This document shows positions 54,620 through 63,967 of a DNA stretch of 64,000 nucleotides, one piece after another. The stretch comes from a virus. Position numbers and translations under genes: made by a program. The first letter of the stretch is position 1; each line of letters starts with the position of its first letter. Where the stretch lies: IMG/VR virus record IMGVR_UViG_3300009082_000017, positions 64,001-128,000 of that record. One strand, given 5' to 3'. The notes under the pieces are model-generated. The model searched no databases and was not told the DNA's origin. It worked only from the letters and a program-made list of their open reading frames with translations.

Positions 54620-55391
54620 TCTAGTAAGTATCTTAACCCCCACATACAACCGTCCAGACTGGTTAGTATTAACATTGAAATCATTAATTGCACAAACCTA
54701 TACTAATTGGGAATGTATCGTGGTAAATGATGCTGGTATGGATGTTGGTAATATTATAAAAAATCTTGACGATAATAGAATAAAATATTATACAAACCCC
54801 GTTAATTTGGATTTGTCGGGTACGCGCAATGTGGCAACAGAAAAAGCAACTGGTGATTGGTTTATTATGCTTGACGATGATGATCAACTTTTTCCAGAAG
54901 CCATTGAATTTAGATTATGGAGAGCACATAAATTAAATGCAGAAATAGTTTATTCTAGGGTTTTGCAATGTTATTACGAAAAACGAGATAATGGTTATCA
55001 ATATATTGGAGAAAAGCTTTATTGGGACAGCATTTATGACCCAGATTTGATACTTTTGCAAAATGTTAGCCCTTGCAATGGAATAATGTATTCTAGGAAA
55101 GCGCAAGAAGTAGGAGGATTGTTTGATACCGAATTAAAAGCAGGAGAAGATTGGTCGCATTCAATTGCTATGTCAAGACATTATCCGTTTTATGAAACTA
55201 AAATTATTGACTGTAGTTGTAGTTTTCGGACAGACAATAACCAAATGACCGGTAGCCGCAATTTTGCAATAGATCAAGCAAAGATTTATAAAAGATGGCG
55301 TTCGACAGCAAAGAACTTATCTTGGGTAGTTGAGAATCAAAACAAATCATTATTAGCACGAGGGATTAATCCTTCTGACTTTGGACTATAG
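54609..55391 (+). CDS. glycosyltransferase family 2
   Basis: VSILTPTYNR, VVND, LDDDD, ED. Confidence 0.9.
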   Translation: MANDLVSILTPTYNRPDWLVLTLKSLIAQTYTNWECIVVNDAGMDVGNIIKNLDDNRIKYYTNPVNLDLSGTRNVATEKATGDWFIMLDDDDQLFPEAIEFRLWRAHKLNAEIVYSRVLQCYYEKRDNGYQYIGEKLYWDSIYDPDLILLQNVSPCNGIMYSRKAQEVGGLFDTELKAGEDWSHSIAMSRHYPFYETKIIDCSCSFRTDNNQMTGSRNFAIDQAKIYKRWRSTAKNLSWVVENQNKSLLARGINPSDFGL

Positions 55392-55402
55392 GAGAGAATA
55401 AA

Positions 55403-56515
55403 TTGACCCGTTTCGCAATGTTTTATTCAGACGACATTGGCTCGTTGAATTGCAGCCTTTATAATATTATTTATCCAGCAAAATATATTAATGAAAAATA
55501 TCCAGGAATTCATTCTGCTGACACTTTTAATATTAATCAATTAAATCAATGGACTCCAGAAGTTGTAGAGTCAATTGAAAAAGCAGATTTAGTATTGATT
55601 GAAAGAAATTTATTTGGCGATGCACTCATTCGAGAGATGCAACTTTTTTTACAAAATAAACCTGTCGCATTAATATGGGATGATTCTTATGAAAATATTT
55701 GCGAGGAGAACGCTAGTTTTTCGTTCTGGCACGATAGTCTTGTTCAACGTCAAAATGAAAAAGGAGTATTAGAAAATATAAAAATATTTCCGCATAATAT
55801 TACACAACTTCGTAAAGCAGCTAGATTGGCAAAAGCATATATTGGGCCATCTAGATTACTTGCAGAAGATTGGAGTAAATATACTGATTCTTATCGCATT
55901 TATAATTATTTAGATTTGGAACGTTATCCTGAAGATTCTAAACCATTGTTGCCTTTCAATGGAATTACTATTGGTTGGTGTGGATCTCTTTCTCATGTAT
56001 CATCTTTTACTGAAAGTGGAATTATTCCTGCTTTAACTTATATCGGTAGAAAATATGACAATGTTAGAATTATGACAGGTGGAGACAAAAGGATTTATGA
56101 TAAAATTAATCTTCCGAATACAAGAAAAATATTTTCATCATATGTTCCAGATGAACAATGGGCATCGTTACAAAAAAGTGTAGATATTGGTATTGCCCCA
56201 CTTACGTCATCTTTTGATCGTCGCAGATCACATATCAAAGTATTAGAATATATGCTTTTGAAAATTCCATGGATCGCCAGTAATTTTGAAACATATGAGG
56301 AATTGGGTGAATATGGGCATCTTATTGAAAATGGGGTTGACAATTGGAAGAAGGCTATGAGTGATGCAATTGAAAATATTGATAAGTATCGTGAGTTAGC
56401 GAATGGTAAAGCTTATGAGTTTGCCAAAGAACAAACCTATGAAAAGAATATTGATAAATTGATCGCTGTGTACCAACAGATTATAAGTTCTCCTGATAGA
56501 GATGACCCACAATGA
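55403..56515 (+). CDS. GT-B fold glycosyltransferase (GT4-like)
   Basis: IGWCGS..H, DIGIAPL...KVLEY...PWIAS. Confidence 0.85.
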   Translation: MTRFAMFYSDDIGSLNCSLYNIIYPAKYINEKYPGIHSADTFNINQLNQWTPEVVESIEKADLVLIERNLFGDALIREMQLFLQNKPVALIWDDSYENICEENASFSFWHDSLVQRQNEKGVLENIKIFPHNITQLRKAARLAKAYIGPSRLLAEDWSKYTDSYRIYNYLDLERYPEDSKPLLPFNGITIGWCGSLSHVSSFTESGIIPALTYIGRKYDNVRIMTGGDKRIYDKINLPNTRKIFSSYVPDEQWASLQKSVDIGIAPLTSSFDRRRSHIKVLEYMLLKIPWIASNFETYEELGEYGHLIENGVDNWKKAMSDAIENIDKYRELANGKAYEFAKEQTYEKNIDKLIAVYQQIISSPDRDDPQ

Positions 56516-57408
56516 TTGAAAGAATATCTGCAATTTATTCCATAAGAAATATTATTACAAATATGAGATATATTGGTGCATCTACAGATATTAAGAAAAG
56601 ATGGGATAAGCATAAAAGATATTTAAAGCACAACAAACATTGGAATTTTTTATTTCAAGAAGAATATAATATTTATGGTGAAAACGCATACGAATATACA
56701 ATTGTTCAATTGCTACCGTCAGACAAAGAATTACTAAAATTTATGGAAACATATTGGATTGTGTATTACGATTCTTTTGTTGATTGTGGGAAAGGATATA
56801 ATTTGACATATGGTTCTCCAAATTTTTGCCCATCAAATACTACGAGGGAGAGAAATAGAGAAGCCCAAAAGGGAAAAACAATGTCCGAAGAAACAAAAAA
56901 GAAAATATCTGATTTCATGTCCAGCGAAGACAATCCACATTTAGGAGCAAAAAGAAGTGAAGAAACAAAAAAGAAAATGTCAGATGCCGGAAAAGTAAAA
57001 ATATTTACAGAAGAACATAAAAAGCATTTATCAGAATCTTTATCTGGTGAAAATCATCCGTGGTTTAATAAACATTTACCAGAAGATACAAAAGAGAAAA
57101 TTGCAGAGGCTCAAAGAGGAGAGAAAAGCCCTAGGTTTAATTGGCAATACACAGAAGAGGAATTGGACTTAATTTCTAGAGGAAGACAGGGAATAAAAAA
57201 TAGCGGAGAACATACGAGTACTTATGTTGGAGTTTCTTTTTCAGATGCAACATGTGAATGGAGATCTTCTATCACTTTTAGAAAACAGGTTTATAATTTA
57301 GGCTTTTTTAATGATGAAATAAATGCAGCTAAAGCTTATGATAAAAAAGCTATTGAATTATATGGCGAGAATGCTAAAACAAATTTCCCAAAGGAAAATT
57401 ATAAATGA
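56512..57408 (+). CDS. GIY-YIG homing endonuclease with NUMOD3 repeats and AP2 domain
   Basis: AIYSIRN...YIGAS..R, SEETKKKIS/SEETKKKMS, LGFFNDEINAAKAYD. Confidence 0.88.
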   Translation: MIERISAIYSIRNIITNMRYIGASTDIKKRWDKHKRYLKHNKHWNFLFQEEYNIYGENAYEYTIVQLLPSDKELLKFMETYWIVYYDSFVDCGKGYNLTYGSPNFCPSNTTRERNREAQKGKTMSEETKKKISDFMSSEDNPHLGAKRSEETKKKMSDAGKVKIFTEEHKKHLSESLSGENHPWFNKHLPEDTKEKIAEAQRGEKSPRFNWQYTEEELDLISRGRQGIKNSGEHTSTYVGVSFSDATCEWRSSITFRKQVYNLGFFNDEINAAKAYDKKAIELYGENAKTNFPKENYK

Positions 57409-57651
57409 ACATCCCCGAAACCCTAACCTATCTCAACACAGAAATACAACTCAAAAAAGCGAGCCTCAAAAACTCGCTTTTTATTCTATCTATGGTTATT
57501 GAAGATACAAACGTTGGAAGTATAGAAGATGTTATTATAAATTATTATAATAGTCAAGGAATATCGTGTAAGGTAAAACGATGTAATTTGACAGGTGAAT
57601 TTGAGATTAGTATTTGGTGGTAATTTAATGTAACGAGTTTTGTTTTAACCC

Positions 57652-57680
57652 TTGACAAGATTTATATTTAATGATAAACT
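57652..57680 (+). promoter_or_regulatory. sigma70-type promoter
   Basis: TTGACA-17 bp-TAAACT with TG extension. Confidence 0.8.
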
Positions 57681-57714
57681 TCTTGCACAAATAAGAAAAA
57701 AGGAGAATAAAAAA

Positions 57715-58062
57715 ATGACTAGATCAACTCAATACATCGGACTAAACAATCTTGCTAGAACCTATATCAAAAACGCTCTTTCTGTCGAAAAATATGAAAT
57801 GACAGAAGGAATGTTTGACGAAAAAATTATGGGGTGTATTTATCATATGCCAGTTCCAGAAGGGCTAAATAAAGAATATATCTTTAAGGAAGTTGTTCAG
57901 TTTACTGCGTGGTCTTCTGGCCAGATGATCTTTACTCATTTGCAAGGTACTCTTATAAAAGAAATTGGTCAAGTCTGCGATATGGGTGAATATTTTTCAT
58001 GGATGAAAGTCCCTGATAATGATGTGGAATATGATCCTGATTTGGGTGTTTATAGTTTATAA
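57715..58062 (+). CDS. hypothetical protein
   Basis: ATG 57715 after AAGGAG. Confidence 0.7.
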   Translation: MTRSTQYIGLNNLARTYIKNALSVEKYEMTEGMFDEKIMGCIYHMPVPEGLNKEYIFKEVVQFTAWSSGQMIFTHLQGTLIKEIGQVCDMGEYFSWMKVPDNDVEYDPDLGVYSL

Positions 58063-58077
58063 GTTATTTAAGAATAT

Positions 58078-59253
58078 TTGAATTTCAAAAGGAAGGAGGA
58101 ATACATTATATATAAAACGATTTTTGTTCCAGTGAAATGCAATAAAAAAGATTTTGAATACATAAAAACTTTAAATAAAATTTCTGCAAATGTGTGGAAT
58201 TATTGTGTTGAAATAGACAAAGAAAATGGTCAAAAATTAACTTTATCGCAATTAGAATTTATGACTAAAAATAAATTTCCATTACATGCAAAAGGAATAC
58301 ATCATATTGTTTTTAAATATTTGAATGCAAGGAAGTCAATGTGGGAAGTTATTAAAAAGAATAAAGACAATGGAAATAAAATAACCTTACCATATAGATT
58401 AAAAGAATATATGCCCACTGGTTGGGATTCACAGGCAATACATCCAGAATATGACAATAATAAAATTAGGCTTACTTGCATTTTGGGTAGAGGACAAATT
58501 GTTTGCAAAGTTAAATCAATACCCAACAATATCGCAGAGATTGAATTGGTCTATAAAGACGAATATTATTTATCTATCAAATATAAAGAAGAAAATGATA
58601 CAAATTTAATTCAATCGGATAATATTGCTAGTATTGACCTTGGAGAAATTCATGCAATTACAAGCATTGACAAATTTGGGAATTGTGTTATAGTTACTAA
58701 TAGAAAGATTCGTAGTTTAATTAGATTAAAAGATAAAAGACAAGGCGAATTACAATCTTTAAGATCAAAATGCGTCAAAGGAAGCAAACAATCTAAAAAA
58801 TATACAAAAGCAATTTATGATATTAAATATGAGTTTGATAACAAAATTTTGGATGCGCTTCACAAACAAACAAATTTATACGTCAAATGGTGTAGAAGTC
58901 ATAAAATTTCGAAAGTTTATTATGGAGATTTAGATACCACTACTAGAAACAGCAAAGGCAAGAAAAGTCAAAAAATAAATCATAAATTAAGTATGTGGAG
59001 ATTTGGTATATTAATTAAACAACTTCAATATAAACTTTTTCAATATGGTATTGTAATGGAAGAAATAAGTGAAGCATATACAAGCCAAACTTGCCCAAAT
59101 TGTGGCAATAGAAAAAAGACGGGAAGTAGAAACTATTCTTGTAAGTGTGGATACATTCAACACAGAGATATTGTAGGTGCAATAAATATATTGAATTTTA
59201 ATACAGATACTGATTTAAAAATGTATAAAAACAAGGTATATCTACAAATCTAG
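58078..59253 (+). CDS. tnpB: TnpB family RNA-guided nuclease with C-terminal zinc ribbon (no transposase)
   Basis: SIDLG, YGDL, EAYTSQTCPNCG, CKCG, HRDIVGAINI; start uncertain (AAGGAGG near 58093 is followed by ATT/ATA). Confidence 0.88.
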   Translation: MNFKRKEEYIIYKTIFVPVKCNKKDFEYIKTLNKISANVWNYCVEIDKENGQKLTLSQLEFMTKNKFPLHAKGIHHIVFKYLNARKSMWEVIKKNKDNGNKITLPYRLKEYMPTGWDSQAIHPEYDNNKIRLTCILGRGQIVCKVKSIPNNIAEIELVYKDEYYLSIKYKEENDTNLIQSDNIASIDLGEIHAITSIDKFGNCVIVTNRKIRSLIRLKDKRQGELQSLRSKCVKGSKQSKKYTKAIYDIKYEFDNKILDALHKQTNLYVKWCRSHKISKVYYGDLDTTTRNSKGKKSQKINHKLSMWRFGILIKQLQYKLFQYGIVMEEISEAYTSQTCPNCGNRKKTGSRNYSCKCGYIQHRDIVGAINILNFNTDTDLKMYKNKVYLQI

Positions 59254-59375
59254 AAATAGTGAGTAGTAGAAGTTGACGTTATCAACCTAGTTTAAAGACT
59301 GGTGGTTTCTTATTAGAAAAAATTTGGCTATTGCCAAAAATAACGGAAGTGTTCTTTTGTTACATAACAAATAAA
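59245..59375 (+). ncRNA. putative omegaRNA of TnpB element 3
   Basis: Tandem hairpins GTTGA..TCAAC, CTAGTT..GACTGG, TTTGGC..GCCAAA, TTTGTTA..TAACAAA immediately 3' of tnpB. Confidence 0.5.
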
Positions 59376-61021
59376 AAGTAGCAAATATATTATTTGCTCA
59401 AATTATTTAAGGAGAAAATATGAACAACGAATATCAAGACTGGCGATCCATTCTCAATCCACCTACAAAAGATGGTGAGATTTGGATTTATGCTTATATT
59501 TGGGACGACGGATGGTGTATCATTAGAAAATATTATTACATGTCTGAGGGATTCAAAAAAGGTACGGCAAGATGGATGCCCATTATAGTTCCTCAACCAC
59601 CTACCGATGTAGATTTTAGTTTATATGAAACCCCATAAAACGACTGTTTCATGCGCAAAAAAAGGAAAATAAATGAAAAAATCTAAAAAAGCAAAATTAG
59701 TAATCACAGAAAAACAATATACTAAAAAAGAATGTCAACTTACTTGCCCACATTGTCATACTGAATTTCATTATATGAATGGATTTGATGAAAATATTTT
59801 ATTATACAAATGTACTCAATGTGGAAATTCTATTAGACTATATGATTAAGGATAAAATAAAATGCCCCTAGATAGAGACCTAGAAGATACTCGTGACGAA
59901 GAATCATATCAAAACTATTCTGATGAAAAAGAAGAAGCATTTTGGGATGAGGTTGATTATGAATATGATAGAATGATGGATGATAAAATGGATAAAGAAA
60001 ATTGGTGAAAAATATGACTGATCAACCGGCTGATAGTTATTGTAAAGGATGTAAATTTTTGAAATTAATTTATGAATTGGATGACAGGCAATATTATTTT
60101 GGATGTGAAAGCAAAATGACTTGTGATAAAATTAAAGAAAGTGAAGAAAACAAAAATGGCAGAGAAAACTAACCCTATCTATAAAATTTGTACTTGTTGC
60201 CAAACCCCATTCCACTATACTAAAAAATGGAATGACAAAATTCTCGAACAAGAAGCCATCAAACGATATGGTGATACTGTGGTGAAGCAAGAGGGTGTTG
60301 AAATTTGTAAGAAGTGTTGGGATGGGTTGGAGAAACCGGAAGGAAATAAAAATGATTGATGCTGAAAAATTAAGAATTATTACTAAAGAAGGTAGTATTA
60401 AAAAAGAAAAAACAATTTTGGAAAAAATCAATGATTTTATTGAATATGTAGAAAAAGAAATAAAATATAAAGCGTCAAATGGATTTTATTCTGCAAAAAT
60501 TGATCCTATTAATTTTGATAAAAATTTAATAGACACAAAAATAATCAATGAAATTAGAAAAAAACTAGAAAATTTTGGCTATAAAGTTGAAATGGATTAT
60601 ATTAGTGATGATATTTATATTAGTTGGTATAATTCATGAAACCGGTATTTCATGTGGTAAAAAGGATAAAAAATGACAAAAAATAAATGTATATATGAAA
60701 AATGGGGTGTATATTTTGCTCAGGGATGTACGGATCAACATATATCAGAGCACACTTGTAGTGATTGGTGCATATGCCCAAAATGCGGAAAAGAAATTGA
60801 ATTTTATGTTGAGCCAGAAGAGTACAGAGAAAAACAACCAGAAATTTATGAGGATGTAACTAGTGAAAAATGGTTCGCTGAAATAGTTTTTGAAGATGGA
60901 GAGCGCATTAAAGCTATTGGGAATTCTAAAATGGATGTTACTTTGAGATGGAATAGACTGCAAAGAGAATTATTATAACCCCACGAAAGAACCATTTCAT
61001 GAACTTGATTAAATTGGTATC

Positions 61022-61050
61022 TTGACAAGTACATCAAAGTATGATAAACT
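61022..61050 (+). promoter_or_regulatory. sigma70-type promoter
   Basis: TTGACA-17 bp-TAAACT with TG extension. Confidence 0.8.
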
Positions 61051-61592
61051 TATTAAAATTGAATTTACATTAAGGAGAAAATATTATGAGTAGCAATAAA
61101 GGTATGAAAAATTTAGATATTGAAAGTATGAAAGGCGATATTAATAGTGACGAGAATACAACAAATGCAATAGACGACTTTGAACCAACCGACGCAGAAT
61201 TACAAGAAATGATGAAAGAACTCCACATCGAAGAAGAAGCAGAAACCAAGAATAAAATTTTAGAAGACTGGTCGGAAGTGACTTGTATTTCTTGCTTAAA
61301 GCCAGTAGACTTAATGAAGGCAGTTTTCATTGATGAAGCACCTTACCATAAACATTGTGCAGAAGAAGAGTTGCGATATGAAGACTAGTATTACACAAAA
61401 CGAATACGAATTACTTACTTTTTTAAAATCGCAACAAGATCAATTGGAACGTATGTCTAACCGTATGTATTATTATGCAAAGAAACTCTTAGAATTAGAA
61501 GATGACAACTGGCTCACAGATTACTTTAATGATACTATTGGTGTTACGGCGTTTTTGAATCAAGTTGGTATTGATATTGATACGAAAAACCC

Positions 61593-61621
61593 TTGACAGA
61601 TAGCGAATAATGTAGTAAACT
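61593..61621 (+). promoter_or_regulatory. sigma70-type promoter of the tyrosine recombinase
   Basis: TTGACA-17 bp-TAAACT, followed by AAGGAGG. Confidence 0.8.
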
Positions 61622-61646
61622 TATCTTATAGAAAAGGAGGCATCAC

Positions 61647-62597
61647 ATGGTTACTGAAAAAAATAAAAAAGAACTCAAAATAATTGAGAAAAAAGAATTA
61701 GATAAATTCTTGCATCGCAAGTCTATTAAGTCTGAGCATACTAGGAAGTCATACAAAAATTGCATTGGACAATTGTTTGATCATTATAATATTGAAACGA
61801 TAGAAGATTATCAAAAACTCACATTGTCTAATTTCGAAGATTATCTTAATTCTTTACCAATCAAAGATGCCTCGTATAATCAACACCTTCGCTCTCTAAA
61901 GGTTTTCTCGTCTTGGTTAAAGAAGCATGATAAAATTCAAGAAGATATCCTCCAACCAATTAAATTGACTAAGGTAAACGCAGTTACTGGCGATAAAGAA
62001 TATGATAAGAAAAGACGAGCGAAAGAAAAGTTATATCTTACAGATAATGAAATTCAAAAAATGATTGCTGTGTCAAAAAATATAAATTCTAAATTAGCTA
62101 TTGCCCTTATGGGGTATATGGGACTTCGCAGAGAAGAACTTGTTGGTTTGACTATCACAGATGTTCATGGAGATTTCTTAGGGATTCCAGGGAAAGGCGG
62201 TACATACGAAGAAAGAAAAATGCCTCCTGCTGTAAAGTTTTTGGTAAATGAATATTTGAAAACCAGAAATAATAATTCTGAATATCTTATCGTTTCAAAA
62301 GTTGGGCAACATCAAATTACAAATACCAATTCTATTTATGAAAGGATCAAATCTGCCGGAAGAAAAGCTGGAATTGATGCCGAAAAAATGAAATTAGTTA
62401 CCCCACATACAATGAGACGAAGTACTGCTTGTAATGCTGTACTTAGGGGTGTTCCAAGTACTGTAGTCAAAGAGATGCTTAGGCATCAACGACAAGTTAC
62501 AACTGATATCTATTTGGAAGCGTTAAAAGGATCTGAGGCAGTTGATGCAGCTTTTGATTCACAACCAATGCCCGATATGTCAGTTTTGATGGTATAG
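61647..62597 (+). CDS. XerC/XerD-like tyrosine recombinase
   Basis: SAM-like N-domain (SEHTRKSY...LRSLKVFSSWL); catalytic GLRREE (R), GKGG (K), HTMRR (HxxR), LRH, TDIY (Y); 316 aa, no arm-binding domain. Confidence 0.93.
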   Translation: MVTEKNKKELKIIEKKELDKFLHRKSIKSEHTRKSYKNCIGQLFDHYNIETIEDYQKLTLSNFEDYLNSLPIKDASYNQHLRSLKVFSSWLKKHDKIQEDILQPIKLTKVNAVTGDKEYDKKRRAKEKLYLTDNEIQKMIAVSKNINSKLAIALMGYMGLRREELVGLTITDVHGDFLGIPGKGGTYEERKMPPAVKFLVNEYLKTRNNNSEYLIVSKVGQHQITNTNSIYERIKSAGRKAGIDAEKMKLVTPHTMRRSTACNAVLRGVPSTVVKEMLRHQRQVTTDIYLEALKGSEAVDAAFDSQPMPDMSVLMV

Positions 62598-63469
62598 GAG
62601 AATAACATGGAAATCGAATTATCTAAACTAGAATGGGAAAGATTTTTAACCTACCATGAAGAAAAATATGGTGAGTATGGATGGTATCCAAATTTAACCG
62701 GAGTAAACGTAGTAGATAGAAATACTGGTAAGTTGGTTGGATTTCGTCAAAATATTCCAGAGCGATGTTTTATTTTGGAAGAATGGTTAGTGGGGACACC
62801 ATGGGAAAAATTTGTAAGTGTAACCACGGTTACTAATTAAAAGGATAAAAAATGAATATTTTTAATATGTTGATAATTCTGTTCCTTGTGTTAATGTTTT
62901 TTATTAGTTTGACTATTGATTCAAAATATTATAATAAATCGACAGGGGAGTTGCCATAATGACACATGTTACGGTTCATCAACTTACAGCAAGAAATAGT
63001 GAGAAAGTTTTCTTAAATGTCGATAATGATGTTTATGGATGTGTTAGTGTTTGGGGATCTTGTTATCAAAGACGAACATTTTTAATTCAAAAAGATTGTG
63101 ATTTTTATCTTATGCAATTTGAAAATGATGAGTATTATAAAGAATGGCAAGAAAGCGAATCTGGTAAATTTTGGAAAGATGCAAGAATAACAGAAATTTT
63201 ACCAATTATTAAAGATGATTATTACACCATGAAATAGAGATTTCATTCGGTTGAAGAAAGATAAATTATGAGTAAACCTATTATTACAGAAATTAGTGAC
63301 GAAGATGGTCTTTATGAAATTAGAGAAGATTATTTGGGTAAAGAAATTATTCCTTGTAAAGACGTAGAAAAATGGGGGAATAATAGTTTTTTTGGAAATA
63401 AATTGAATGGATTTATGTCTGGCCATTTTATAGTGGATGGTAGAGAAACTTGTTTCTTTGCTGTAAAAT

Positions 63470-63967
63470 ATGGAAAGGGAAAATAATATGTCACAACACT
63501 ACGACTTAATTACAGAAATAAAAAATCTACCCTTTAACATCAAAAATATTTTTGATTGGTCAAAAGTACTCTGGAATAATTTCGATTGGAGTGGTGATTT
63601 TCTTCTTGAAATTATCGAGTATAAATTAAAGAGAATGAAGCAGTATATGGAAGTTGATACTTTTGTTTGCAAAGAATCGGCTAAAGAAGATATTGACCAG
63701 ATCAATTCTTGTTTAGAAGCATGTAGAAACTTGATATCAAATGATTTTGAAAGTGATTTGGCAATAAAACATTATGATAAATACCCAATTAAATATGAAC
63801 GTTACGTTGACGAAAAAGGACTTAGGCATACAGTTTGGAAGAATATGGGCGAACAAGAAAAAATAGAGTTTGATGAAATGACAAAATTAATTGATGAATA
63901 TCAAGAAAAATATAAACACCAATTATTCGACACCTTGCGTGAAAAATATAATTGGTGGGGAGATTAG
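63470..63967 (+). CDS. conserved phage hypothetical protein
   Basis: WNNFDW..FLLEI..KLKRM...WWGD; start probably the second Met. Confidence 0.7.
   Translation: MERENNMSQHYDLITEIKNLPFNIKNIFDWSKVLWNNFDWSGDFLLEIIEYKLKRMKQYMEVDTFVCKESAKEDIDQINSCLEACRNLISNDFESDLAIKHYDKYPIKYERYVDEKGLRHTVWKNMGEQEKIEFDEMTKLIDEYQEKYKHQLFDTLREKYNWWGD

Larger units (their letters stand above)
753..63250. repeat. Dispersed dyad repeat family, consensus (C/T)(C/A)(C/A)-AT(G/A)AA(A/T)-N6-(T/A)TT(C/T)AT-(G/T)GG, about 64 copies at gene junctions
   Basis: Left 6-mer starts read by eye at 756, 1446, 2019, 2538, 3303, 3677, 3938, 4994, 5199, 5319, 6602, 7325, 8030, 8747, 9195, 9524 (7-bp spacer), 9870, 10089, 10853, 11071, 11307, 12976, 13294, 14252, 14518, 14914, 15177, 18797, 19509, 19963, 20492, 20712, 21373, 21830, 22757, 23579, 23851, 25587, 26215, 26685, 26914, 27115, 28080, 31317, 31898, 32347, 33359 (degenerate right arm), 34623, 35357, 36998, 37256, 37485, 38581, 39186, 39421, 40297, 40702, 42086, 42701, 54009, 59635, 60636, 60983, 63229. 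Confidence 0.95.

Noticed and set aside
50187-57408. GIY-YIG genes as group I intron ORFs
   Set aside because: The flanking genes look complete and abut the endonuclease ORFs, leaving no room for intron core structure; they appear free-standing.
753-63250. Dyad family as a CRISPR array
   Set aside because: Copies are separated by whole genes (0.1-11 kb), the variable part is only 6 bp, and no cas genes are visible.
753-63250. Dyads as rho-independent terminators
   Set aside because: The stems are AT-rich with no following U-tract, A-C mismatch variants are common, loop length is fixed, and most downstream genes lack their own promoter. An RNA-processing role is not fully excluded.
753-63250. 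Classical integron attC sites
   Set aside because: No RYYYAAC/GTTRRRY cores, the sites are far shorter than attC, and the recombinase does not look like IntI by eye.
493-63705. Minus-strand ORFs in the six-frame track
   Set aside because: Nearly all are short antisense shadows of better + strand genes, with no SD or recognisable motif (e.g. 39214-39420 shadows the + strand ORF 39236-39409).
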